A DNA stretch of 37,908 nucleotides from a virus (Duplodnaviria; Caudoviricetes), in the IMG/VR virus record IMGVR_UViG_3300032255_000170, positions 1-37,908 of that record; one strand, 5' to 3'. Made by a program: the position numbers and the translations under genes. Position 1 is the stretch's first letter. Every line of letters begins with the position of its first letter. The notes beneath the pieces were generated by a model. That model saw only the letters and a list, made by a program, of their open reading frames with translations, had not been told where the DNA came from and did not search any database. This document shows positions 1 through 8,233 of the stretch, piece after piece.

Positions 1-546
1 TTATCGGATCATCTCAGCTGTCACTTTAGTGGTCGCGATTGAGCGCAGACTGCCTGTGTTGACAGCTCTAAGAATGCCAAAGCAGTCATAATGCGCTGTG
101 CCTTCTACATTGTTGTTCGCAATGAAATCGTTCACATAATCAGCAGACCACGGCGTGCGGCCGTTGATCATTGCGTTGGTGTCCAGCGTCTCACCTCTTT
201 CGACGATCCGCTCCATGTGCACTGTCTCTGTGCTGCAAGTATAGCCATCGCCTCCCAGAGCAGCGAAGACGCGGTCTGGGGGCTCAGTTTCGTTGTGCAA
301 GGCGATATGCAGAATGTTGCGCTCCTCGCTGACATAGAGGCAAGAATAGGTTTGATCTTCAGCGGGCCAACACCTGGTCGCCGTTTCCCGCTCACCTTTG
401 TTTGCTGTCGTGATCGCAAAGACGCTGCCATCTGCGAGGTTTTCCCATGACGGGGTGAAGGCGTCTATTTCAGATTGCGGCACATGATTTGATGTGTTTC
501 CACAACCAGATAGTAAAAGCGAAAAAGCAATCAGAAATGAACGCAT
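1..546 (-). CDS. Predicted lipoprotein of unknown function, downstream of the repressor
   Basis: The N-terminus MRSFLIAFSLLLSGC carries a lipobox (LSG-C). The start overlaps the repressor stop (TAATG on the minus strand). Confidence 0.75.
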   Translation of the reverse strand: MRSFLIAFSLLLSGCGNTSNHVPQSEIDAFTPSWENLADGSVFAITTANKGERETATRCWPAEDQTYSCLYVSEERNILHIALHNETEPPDRVFAALGGDGYTCSTETVHMERIVERGETLDTNAMINGRTPWSADYVNDFIANNNVEGTAHYDCFGILRAVNTGSLRSIATTKVTAEMIR

Positions 547-1241
547 TAAATCCTCTTCACGATGGCGATCACTCGGCCAATTACAGTCAATTCATCCTCT
601 CCAGCGAGCTGGCTGGGGACGTTCGCGTTGTCGGACAATAGCATTATCTGCCCATTGCTTTCTACCCTGACGCGTTTGACCATTCCGATGCCGCCTGAAG
701 CAATGACCCAGATTTGATCGTTGATACGGATCGCATCGCGGCTCCTGTCGATTAGGAGCAGGTCGCGGTCGCCGATCGTTGGCTCCATGCTGTCGCCGAT
801 ACCGTGGGAGAAGCACAGCAGCTCAGCCGGGGCGTTGGTGAACATGCGGACGAATGCGCGCGGGAAGCGCTCTAGCGTTTCCCCGGTGTCGATATCGTCG
901 AGGAAGGTGCCGCCCATGCCGTAGGCAAGTTCGAGCATAGGGATGGCTAGGCTGTCGTCTCGACCTTCTTCACCACTGAGCGGCGCGAAGGCTTCTGCGC
1001 GTGGCTGCTGCCGGTATTCGGTTCTCGGTTCTCTAAGAGAGTTCCATCCGGGGAAATCTGGATAGGCGCTCTGTAGCTTTTCAAGTGTTCGCTGGCTGAG
1101 CCGAGTGGTTGCGGTGCCCTTCAGAGGTCTCTGGACAGTGGTCGCGGCGAGATTAGCGCGCCGAGAGACCTCAGCTGCTGTGTCGCCCGAATGCGCAATT
1201 AGATCGCGCAGAAGCGATTGATCCTGATCCAACCCGTCCAT
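546..1241 (-). CDS. CI-like repressor (HTH plus S24 peptidase domain)
   Basis: N-terminal HTH (TAAEVSRRANLAATTVQR) and S24 motifs GDSMEP, MVKRV and LLSDN. It is divergent from a cro-like gene. The start was moved to ATG 1241 because the longer ORF runs through the operators. Confidence 0.9.
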   Translation of the reverse strand: MDGLDQDQSLLRDLIAHSGDTAAEVSRRANLAATTVQRPLKGTATTRLSQRTLEKLQSAYPDFPGWNSLREPRTEYRQQPRAEAFAPLSGEEGRDDSLAIPMLELAYGMGGTFLDDIDTGETLERFPRAFVRMFTNAPAELLCFSHGIGDSMEPTIGDRDLLLIDRSRDAIRINDQIWVIASGGIGMVKRVRVESNGQIMLLSDNANVPSQLAGEDELTVIGRVIAIVKRI

Positions 1242-1275
1242 CAGTCGCGGGTAGCAGGGTCTGGATAGCATAAAA

Positions 1276-1315
1276 AATAGCATAATTGCTGTTGCGTAAC
1301 AGCATTAATGCTATT
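1276..1315. promoter_or_regulatory. Two 18-bp palindromic operators of the immunity switch
   Basis: AATAGCATAATTGCTGTT (1276-1293) and AACAGCATTAATGCTATT (1298-1315), plus a half-site ATAGCAT at 1265-1271, all between the divergent cI and cro genes. Confidence 0.8.
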
Positions 1316-1327
1316 AACCGTGTTCTC

Positions 1328-1585
1328 ATGAACCAGCAATCGACCGTCCGAGACATCGAAAAGCGCGCCCAAGAGCGCCGCATTTCCGTTCCCGAGCTGT
1401 GCCGCCGCGCAGGAATTGCCGTGAGCACTTTCTACCGATGGAAAAAGACAGCGAATAACCCCGACCCCAAAGGGGCGAACATGCATTTGATTGAGCAGCT
1501 GTATCAGGCGCTCGAGCGAGTTGATGCTGAGGATATGAAGCGGCTGTCTTCCGGCAATTCGAGCGCCAAAGCGGTGGCAGCATGA
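1328..1585 (+). CDS. Cro/Ner-like HTH regulator
   Basis: HTH ISVPELCRRAGIAVSTFYRWK; first gene of the rightward operon; ATG at 1328. Confidence 0.85.
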   Translation: MNQQSTVRDIEKRAQERRISVPELCRRAGIAVSTFYRWKKTANNPDPKGANMHLIEQLYQALERVDAEDMKRLSSGNSSAKAVAA

Positions 1586-1995
1586 TCCGCCCGCTGGCTG
1601 ATACCGGTTTTGCCGATGAGAGCTTGGTTGCGCCGTTGTTGCGGCGTTTGCGTGTGCGAGCGGCGTTGAAAGATGCGCGGTCACGCGTCCAGACATTGTT
1701 GAACCTGCTGGATGAGCAGAGCGAGCCTCTGCCCGGCCAGCGGTCTGCGCTGAGCGATCAGGGAATCGGCCTGACCACTGGCGATGAGCATGGCGGCGTC
1801 GGATGCCCCGCGATCTATGGTGCCAAGCGTCACGCAATGCGCGAGCATGAGCTGCTGGAGGGCGTAGAGTTGTTCGCCCAGCTGCTCGACCGAGTTGAGA
1901 TTGGAATGCGGCACGGATTGTTCTCCTGTTCAAGTGAGCAGAAGGCTAGCGAGGCCGGACAAAGCGCGCATCGTCTATGTGGAGATGCCAAATGA
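1582..1995 (+). CDS. Hypothetical protein containing a nested antisense ORF
   Basis: ATGA overlaps with both neighbours; no recognisable motif. Confidence 0.4.
   Translation: MIRPLADTGFADESLVAPLLRRLRVRAALKDARSRVQTLLNLLDEQSEPLPGQRSALSDQGIGLTTGDEHGGVGCPAIYGAKRHAMREHELLEGVELFAQLLDRVEIGMRHGLFSCSSEQKASEAGQSAHRLCGDAK
1681..1914 (-). CDS. Small antisense hypothetical helical protein
   Basis: Strong SD (AGGAGA) about 7 nt before the GTG start; L/Q/A-rich amphipathic sequence. Confidence 0.5.
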   Translation of the reverse strand: MPHSNLNSVEQLGEQLYALQQLMLAHCVTLGTIDRGASDAAMLIASGQADSLIAQRRPLAGQRLALLIQQVQQCLDA

Positions 1996-2180
1996 ACAGC
2001 CGAAACTCAGGTGTGAGTTGTAGTGGGTGCCGGTTCTTCGTTGAGCTTAAGACCTACCATCCGGACGACAAGCCTTACGGGCAGTGCCGAATTTATCCGC
2101 CTCGCGAGTATGGTTTTCCTAGCCCTTATGCCCACCAGTGGTGTGGCGAGTTTTCTCCGGATGACGGAGATGCCAAATGA
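1992..2180 (+). CDS. Small four-Cys protein with HiPIP-like or Zn-binding spacing
   Basis: CSGC...GQC...WCGEF; GGAG SD with ATGA coupling at both ends. Confidence 0.7.
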   Translation: MNSRNSGVSCSGCRFFVELKTYHPDDKPYGQCRIYPPREYGFPSPYAHQWCGEFSPDDGDAK

Positions 2181-3160
2181 ACGCTGGGTCAAAAGGGCGC
2201 AGCATCTTGGCTGGCGCGCAAGTCATCAGCATAGCGCCGGACGCCGTTCTAATCCCTGAGCGCATCGGCTTTCTGCATGAAGACAAGGCGGTCGCGCTGG
2301 GTCGCTTGATCGCGGTCGATGGTCAGCGCGATCCGATCAAGGTTGAACAGATTGATCCTGCCAAGAATGATGGGAAAGAGTGGCGTCTGGTTGTCGGCAT
2401 GCACCGGCTGCATGGCTGCAAACTGGAAGGCATCGAAGTGCTGGCGCTGGAGGTCTCTGGCAATGCCGAAGACTTGGTCGATCTGGAGTCGTCCGAGAAC
2501 CTGCATCGCCGCCCACTTGGGCCAATTGAGCGCGCGAAGTTTACCGCCGCGTTGGTACAAGCTGCGAACGACCGTGTGGCCCGCGAGCTAGGAGAGCTGG
2601 ATCAACACCAGCGCGCTGCAAAGGCCCGCTGGGATCGTGTCAGACATCATGAGGAGACAGCAGACGGCGCTCTAAAAGAGGATGTCAGCCATGCGAGTGA
2701 CACAATGTCACGCGCATACGGTTGGCAGGAATCAGTCGCGGATGCGATCGGTTTGGACAAGCGGACCGTCTATCGCGACTTGTCGCTTTATCACCTTCTG
2801 ATTGAGCCGTTTCCCGATCTGATCGAGGCGCTGTCTAAGCATCCCGTTGTTGGCGAGAATGCGAGCCAACTGAAGACTGTGTCTGCCGTGAAGGACGAGA
2901 CGCGGCGGCGCGCCGTGATTGAGGCGCTGCTGGCTGATGCTGAGATCGGCGCAGATGATGCGCGCATCGCAGCGGGCGTCGATCGGCCTGCTGGTCCAGC
3001 GCCGGTTGCGCACCAAAAGCACTTCGATGCGATCACCGGCAATTGGGATCGATTGGGGCAGGCGCAGAAGCGCGAATACCTACCCAAATTCGCGGCGCTT
3101 TTGACGCCTGAGATGAAGCGCAGCTTGCGCGACCAACTTAACCAGGAGTTGGGCGAATGA
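2177..3160 (+). CDS. ParB N-terminal domain protein with HTH
   Basis: GQRDPIKV...LVVGMHRL...ENLHRRPL ParB/Srx motifs; HTH VADAIGLDKRTVYRDL. Confidence 0.85.
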   Translation: MNAGSKGRSILAGAQVISIAPDAVLIPERIGFLHEDKAVALGRLIAVDGQRDPIKVEQIDPAKNDGKEWRLVVGMHRLHGCKLEGIEVLALEVSGNAEDLVDLESSENLHRRPLGPIERAKFTAALVQAANDRVARELGELDQHQRAAKARWDRVRHHEETADGALKEDVSHASDTMSRAYGWQESVADAIGLDKRTVYRDLSLYHLLIEPFPDLIEALSKHPVVGENASQLKTVSAVKDETRRRAVIEALLADAEIGADDARIAAGVDRPAGPAPVAHQKHFDAITGNWDRLGQAQKREYLPKFAALLTPEMKRSLRDQLNQELGE

Positions 3161-3429
3161 ACAATCCCACCCCTTTTCAGTTTGCTGCCGACGCTGGCTG
3201 GCAACAGCTCGCCGATGGCGAATGGTTCAGGCCAGCACGGCTGTATCTGCGTCGCGGAGCCGAGCCAGAGGGCATCCTAAAGCGGCGATGTGATCATAAC
3301 ATTATCTTCTGCGATAGGCTTAGTAGCGGCTTCGGTGGGCCTGTCATTGATAGAGGCGGGAGAATCTGTGGCTTCGTGTTTGGCAGAACGAAAGCGTGCC
3401 GCGCACGGTCCTTGGAGCTGGGCGAATGA
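3157..3429 (+). CDS. Hypothetical accessory protein
   Basis: ATGA-coupled at both ends and flanked by 16-bp near-identical junction repeats. Confidence 0.5.
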   Translation: MNNPTPFQFAADAGWQQLADGEWFRPARLYLRRGAEPEGILKRRCDHNIIFCDRLSSGFGGPVIDRGGRICGFVFGRTKACRARSLELGE

Positions 3430-4148
3430 GGGGCGAGATTTCATCTGGTCGCTATTCGAAGCGGCACCCGCTTGATTGGTATGTCGATCCGACTTGGTGC
3501 GCGGAGCAGCTTGCTCTGGCGCTCGACGGTTACTGGTACGAGCGCGCCCACAAGCTGGCGATATGGGACCCGTGCTGCGGCATGGGGAACACTCTGGATG
3601 CGGCGCAATCACGCGGCGTTGCGATGATCGGGTCTGATCTGGTCGACAATTTGCAGCGGGACAATTTTCTCGATGATGAGGATCATCAGCCGCCCCAATT
3701 CATCAACCGAGACTTCCTAGAATTTGGTCGCGCGCCAGCGCCTTGCAGTATCATCTGCAACCCGCCGTACTCCTACAAAAAGGGCATCGCAGAGCGATTT
3801 GCGCGTCATGCAATTGCTCTGGCGACGAAGCATGCCTGCATCCTGATGCCTAACAAATGGCTGGCTCCGGGCAAGGATGTGAAGGTTTGGAGCAATCGCT
3901 TGCGCTTGTTCCGGGAGGACCATCCGCCACTCGCGGTCCTCCATTTGTCTGAGCGCCCATCTATGCCTCCCGGCGACAAAATTAGAGCGATGGGGAGCCG
4001 CGCCTTTCGAGGCGGGATGATCGATTACACTTGGATCGTTTGGGATGTGACCCGCGATGTTGCGCCCGGCCAAACGCGCACGATCTGGCTGCCGCCGCTC
4101 CACCGCAATGATGAAATCCGACCAATTTGGGAGATGATAGATGCGTGA
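3426..4148 (+). CDS. Orphan SAM-dependent DNA amino-methyltransferase (probably N6-adenine)
   Basis: Motif I WDPCCGMG precedes motif IV CNPPY; SD GGAG and ATG at 3426. Confidence 0.85.
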   Translation: MRGEISSGRYSKRHPLDWYVDPTWCAEQLALALDGYWYERAHKLAIWDPCCGMGNTLDAAQSRGVAMIGSDLVDNLQRDNFLDDEDHQPPQFINRDFLEFGRAPAPCSIICNPPYSYKKGIAERFARHAIALATKHACILMPNKWLAPGKDVKVWSNRLRLFREDHPPLAVLHLSERPSMPPGDKIRAMGSRAFRGGMIDYTWIVWDVTRDVAPGQTRTIWLPPLHRNDEIRPIWEMIDA

Positions 4149-4287
4149 CCTTTTACGACGGATGAAACCAGATTGGGAGGTGCTAGACTGGCTTGCCCTT
4201 GCTGTCTGCGTTCTTGCGGTCCCGCTGTGTTTGCTGGGTGCAGCCATCGACATCTACGTGGCCTTGGAAACTGGGGTGATCCGGTGA
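4141..4287 (+). CDS. 48-aa single-pass membrane protein (not in the ORF track)
   Basis: MRDLLRRMKPDWEVLDWLALAVCVLAVPLCLLGAAIDIYVALETGVIR; GGGAG SD; overlaps both neighbours. Confidence 0.6.
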   Translation: MRDLLRRMKPDWEVLDWLALAVCVLAVPLCLLGAAIDIYVALETGVIR

Positions 4288-4454
4288 GCTTGCGTATGCC
4301 TAGCGAGGCCGAAATTCGCGCAGAGATGGGCAAAACTGGCTTTGACCGGATGCCATGCATTCGGCGCATCCAGAGTCGCCGATCATTGGCTGTATCGACG
4401 GCACCTGACGGCGCGCCGTTGTTCTATATCCCATTCGGGGAGCGCCGATCATGA
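4284..4454 (+). CDS. Small hypothetical protein
   Basis: GTGA and ATGA coupling within the operon chain. Confidence 0.5.
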   Translation: MSLRMPSEAEIRAEMGKTGFDRMPCIRRIQSRRSLAVSTAPDGAPLFYIPFGERRS

Positions 4455-4879
4455 GCGAACTTTCCCCGACCAACGAGTGGAGCGAGCTAAGAGCGGCTCA
4501 GCGCAGCGAGGCTGAGTTGAAACAGATCATGCAAGAGGGTGCGCCGCGCGCTACCTCTCGCGCCCTTGATCTTGCGCATGCCGATGCGTTGAAAGCGATG
4601 GTTTGCGGCCTGCCCGATCCGGCTGAGGTCGCCGCAACAATGATGTCGGTGCATCCCGGTGCCGCCAACACGTTGATGCGGGCGTGGATCAGCCGGTCGC
4701 AGCCGTATGCCGGTGCTTGGCGGGTTGAGAACAACGAGCACGTCGCTGTTCTGCGGAGCTGCGGTTTGGTGGGCTGGGTCGGCGCAAATCGCGATGATGG
4801 CTGCGCCGTTGGCAATTTCGGCAACGAGGTCCGCAAATTCATGCTGTGCGAGCACCCCAGCCAAGCGGAGGGCGTGTGA
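4451..4879 (+). CDS. Hypothetical protein
   Basis: GGGGAG SD; coupled to neighbours. Confidence 0.65.
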   Translation: MSELSPTNEWSELRAAQRSEAELKQIMQEGAPRATSRALDLAHADALKAMVCGLPDPAEVAATMMSVHPGAANTLMRAWISRSQPYAGAWRVENNEHVAVLRSCGLVGWVGANRDDGCAVGNFGNEVRKFMLCEHPSQAEGV

Positions 4880-5121
4880 TGCCGAAATTCGCAAGCCTCG
4901 CAGAGCGATATCGGCACAACCGAAAGTGCTTTGAGCTTGGGATCGAGCTTGGCTGCACGCCGAAGGAAGCTGAAGCGTGGATGGAGGCCGTCGAGGCGCG
5001 CGAAAAATGCCGCGCGATCCATCGCAAGCTTGGCCGCGATTTGACGATGCTCCCACCGCTTTCAACCTCTTCTCGCGCTCAGTTTGAGCGTTGGGAAGCG
5101 CCACATATGATGAGGGATTGA
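4879..5121 (+). CDS. Hypothetical protein
   Basis: GGAGG SD and TGATG overlap; begins MPKFASLAERY. Confidence 0.65.
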   Translation: MPKFASLAERYRHNRKCFELGIELGCTPKEAEAWMEAVEAREKCRAIHRKLGRDLTMLPPLSTSSRAQFERWEAPHMMRD

Positions 5122-5124
5122 GCG

Positions 5125-5553
5125 ATGGTTGCCTATTCATTCGCCCCGCAATTTATCGAGCCAGTCGCGTCGATGCGCAAGCTACAGACCGTCCGTGGAC
5201 TCCGGAAGCGGCACGCCCGTGTTGGTGAGCGCGTCCAGCTCTACACAGCTATGAGGACGAAATACTGCCGTAAGATATTGGAACCCGATCCGGCGTGTAT
5301 CGCAGTCGATGATATATGGATGAATGTCCAAGGCTTCTCCGACGAACGGATTGAAGCAATCTCAATTAACTCCATCCCGCTGGACGATGATGAGATCGAG
5401 GCGTTTGCCGTTGCCGATGGCTTCGGCGGTGGGCTGGCCGATGGCTTCGCGCGTCGGCGTATGGGCGAGTTTTGGTGGAAAGCGCACGGACAGGCCGAAA
5501 CAATAGGTTTCGAATTTGAAGGCGTCGTCATCCGGTGGAGTGGTAATGCCTGA
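5125..5553 (+). CDS. ASCH/PUA-like domain protein
   Basis: SFAPQF...KLQTVR...VGERVQLYT...FAVADGF resembles the ASCH signature. Confidence 0.75.
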   Translation: MVAYSFAPQFIEPVASMRKLQTVRGLRKRHARVGERVQLYTAMRTKYCRKILEPDPACIAVDDIWMNVQGFSDERIEAISINSIPLDDDEIEAFAVADGFGGGLADGFARRRMGEFWWKAHGQAETIGFEFEGVVIRWSGNA

Positions 5554-5803
5554 TCTCTACATCTCCCTGCATGCTGTTGAGCGGTACCGCCAGCGCGTTG
5601 CCGATATCTCTGATAGCGAAGTCTATGACCGGTTGAGCGGTCCCGCATTCAAGGCTGCTGCCGAATTTGGTGCGCCGTTCGTTCGACTGTCTGGCGGCCA
5701 AAGGGCGGTCATCGTCGAGCATTCGGTGGTGACAATACTGCCGGCGGACCATTCGCCGGGAAGCCTTAATCGCGGCAGAGATGAGTATGCTAGCAATGGG
5801 TAA
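5546..5803 (+). CDS. Small protein with a RelE/colicin-E5-like HAxERxxxR motif
   Basis: ISLHAVERYRQRV...VVTIL; GGAG SD. Confidence 0.55.
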   Translation: MPDLYISLHAVERYRQRVADISDSEVYDRLSGPAFKAAAEFGAPFVRLSGGQRAVIVEHSVVTILPADHSPGSLNRGRDEYASNG

Positions 5804-6251
5804 AGCGCGCGCTCATCCCGGCCAAGTCGCTTTCGACTTCACCGCTCCTGCGCCTGCAAAGGGTGTGGCCGAGCTGGCTGGTCTTGAGCGGCAAATCAAC
5901 GAGTTGGTCGGGACGATTCTCAACACAGATTCGCGGTCTCGCACGGTGATCGCGGCTGAGATGAGCGATCTGCTTGATGACCGCGTCTCCAAAGAGATGC
6001 TGGATGCTTATGCCAGCCCAGCGCGGACCGAGCATAAGGTGCCCGCATCGCGGCTGTTTGCGCTCGCGGTTGTGACCGATCGGCAAGACTTGCTCGACCC
6101 CGTCATGCGGAAGATTGGCGCGGCTCTGCTGGTCGGTGAAGAAGTAAGAACCGCGCGGCTTGGCCAAATCGAGGCCCTGCTCTCCGAGCTGCAAGCCGAA
6201 CGCAAAGCGATCAAGTCGGACGCCCCAACAATCCGGAAGGGCGATTCTTAA
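5796..6251 (+). CDS. Mu-like phage protein preceding the transposase (putative DNA-binding)
   Basis: SRTVIAAEMSDLLDDRVSKEMLDAYAS is HTH-like; TAATG coupling to MuA. Confidence 0.7.
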   Translation: MGKARAHPGQVAFDFTAPAPAKGVAELAGLERQINELVGTILNTDSRSRTVIAAEMSDLLDDRVSKEMLDAYASPARTEHKVPASRLFALAVVTDRQDLLDPVMRKIGAALLVGEEVRTARLGQIEALLSELQAERKAIKSDAPTIRKGDS

Positions 6252-8221
6252 TGGCCACTCAACCCACCAATGACAGTGACCTTCAGCGCGAGTGGTTCAC
6301 CGCTAACGAATTGGCGGAGCTGGCGCTGCCCGGACTGCCGGGCGAGAAGCGATCAATCAACCGCAAGGCCAGCGATGAGAGATGGGCCGCCCGTCTTGGG
6401 CCAGATCAAGCCCTGTTGGTGCGCAAGCGCGCCGGTCGCGGCGGCGGTGCCGAGTTCCATGTCAGCCTGCTGCCCGGAGAGGCGCGGATTGAGCTGTCCA
6501 AGCGCGGCATTTGCACCCGCGACGATGAAGCTGCGGACCGCGATCAGGGTGCGAGCGGATGGCCGTGGTTTGACCGCCAAAGCGCCAAGACCAAAGCCGA
6601 GGCCGAGCGCCGTTTGATGGCCGTCAAAGCCATCGAGATGCTGGAGGAGAGTGGCCAGACCCGCACCGCCGCGGTTGCGGCGGTTTCCGCCGATCGGGAG
6701 ATTGGCAAGGCGACCTTGTGGAACTGGCTCAAGATGATTGACGGCGTCGATCCGGCCAATCGGCTACCTGCGCTGGCCCCTGTCCGTAAGGGAGGCGGCT
6801 CTGCGGCAGAGATCGATGAGTATCTCTGGGAGAGCTTCATCAGCGACTATCTGCGGCCCTCGGCGCCGACGCTGACGAGTTGCTATGCCCGGACCGCTGG
6901 AATCGCGGCTGAGAATGGCCTCTCAATGGCGTCTGAGCGCACGTTTAGGCGGCGCTTAAACAAAGATGTTCCCAAGGCTTTGGTGACGCTCAAGCGCAAG
7001 GGTGAGGAAGCGTTTCGCCAATCGGTACCGGCCAATCGCCGGACGGTTGAGCATCTGCGGGTCTTGGAACACGTCAACATCGATGGCCACAAGTTCGATG
7101 TGTTCGTGAAGCCGCCACCGGGAAGCCGGTCGACCAAGCCAGTGCGCCCGTTGATGGTGGCGATCCAAGATATCCGGACCAGCAAGTTTGTCGCATGGCG
7201 GATCGCGGAAAGCGAATGCTCTGCCGTCACGCGGCTCGCCTTTGCTGATCTGTTCCGCAATTTTGGTATTCCCAAGGCTTGCACGCTCGACAATGGCCGC
7301 GCGTTTGCCAGCAAATGGATCACGGGCGGCGCAAAGAGCCGGTTCCGATTCAAGATTCGGGATGAGGAGCCGACCGGTCTGCTGACTGGATTGGGTATCG
7401 AGGTGCATTGGGCGCTGCCTTATCGCGGACAGTCAAAGCCGATTGAGCGGGCGTTTCGCGATATGTGCGATGCGATTGCAAAGCACCCGTCGATGGAAGG
7501 CGCGTACACCGGCAACCGGCCCGATGCCAAGCCAGAAAACTATGGCAGCCGCGCGATCGAATGGGATGAGTTTGTCGAGCATGTGAACGCCGGTGTGGCG
7601 GAGCATAACGCGCGGCTGGGCAGGCGCGGCCGTGATTATGCCGGGCGCAGTTTTGACCAAGTGTTCGAGGAGCTGATGGCGGCGTCCCCGATTGGGCGAG
7701 CCACGGATGCGCAATTGCGGATGGCCTTGCTCGCGGCGGATCAGAAGATGGTCAACCGCCGCACCGGCGAGATCGAGCTTTATGGCAACCGCTATTGGTC
7801 GCCGGAGTGTTCCGAATTGCATGGCCAGCGCGTCACGGTGCGGTTCGATCCGGAGAACCTGCACAGCGAAGTCTACATCTACGATCAGGCGGGCAGCTAT
7901 CTTTGTAGCGCCCAGCTGCTGGCCGACACAGGCTTTGACGATGTCGAGGGCGCGAAGGACGCGGCCAAGCGGGTCAAAGAGCTGAGACAGCAAGTTCGCG
8001 CTGGTGAAGAAGCGCGGCCGCTGCTGCACGCCCAAGAGGTGGCAGCGCGCCAAGCGACAATCCGCGAGGTTCCGATGCCAGAGCCTGATGTGATCCGCCC
8101 AGTGCGGCACGCGGGGAACACGGCGGCAGCGCTGAAACCCGCTCCAGTGAAAACCGAGACTAACCAATCGGCGCGGCGCCTCAGAGGCGCTGTTCTGAAC
8201 CTTGTAAACCGCGATCAGTGA
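6251..8221 (+). CDS. MuA-like DDE transposase
   Basis: N-terminal Mu DNA-binding domain (EWFTANELAELALPGLP), catalytic IDGHKFD / LDNGRAF / KPIERAF, and Mu C-terminal domain (GQRVTVRFDPENL). Confidence 0.95.
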   Translation: MATQPTNDSDLQREWFTANELAELALPGLPGEKRSINRKASDERWAARLGPDQALLVRKRAGRGGGAEFHVSLLPGEARIELSKRGICTRDDEAADRDQGASGWPWFDRQSAKTKAEAERRLMAVKAIEMLEESGQTRTAAVAAVSADREIGKATLWNWLKMIDGVDPANRLPALAPVRKGGGSAAEIDEYLWESFISDYLRPSAPTLTSCYARTAGIAAENGLSMASERTFRRRLNKDVPKALVTLKRKGEEAFRQSVPANRRTVEHLRVLEHVNIDGHKFDVFVKPPPGSRSTKPVRPLMVAIQDIRTSKFVAWRIAESECSAVTRLAFADLFRNFGIPKACTLDNGRAFASKWITGGAKSRFRFKIRDEEPTGLLTGLGIEVHWALPYRGQSKPIERAFRDMCDAIAKHPSMEGAYTGNRPDAKPENYGSRAIEWDEFVEHVNAGVAEHNARLGRRGRDYAGRSFDQVFEELMAASPIGRATDAQLRMALLAADQKMVNRRTGEIELYGNRYWSPECSELHGQRVTVRFDPENLHSEVYIYDQAGSYLCSAQLLADTGFDDVEGAKDAAKRVKELRQQVRAGEEARPLLHAQEVAARQATIREVPMPEPDVIRPVRHAGNTAAALKPAPVKTETNQSARRLRGAVLNLVNRDQ

Positions 8222-8233
8222 GGACTAGCTGAG

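Noticed and set aside
2177-3160. Plasmid-prophage partition system
   Set aside because: No ParA or replication initiator; the element is integrated next to a host gene and encodes MuA and MuB.
3426-4148. Restriction-modification system
   Set aside because: No recognisable endonuclease next to either methylase.
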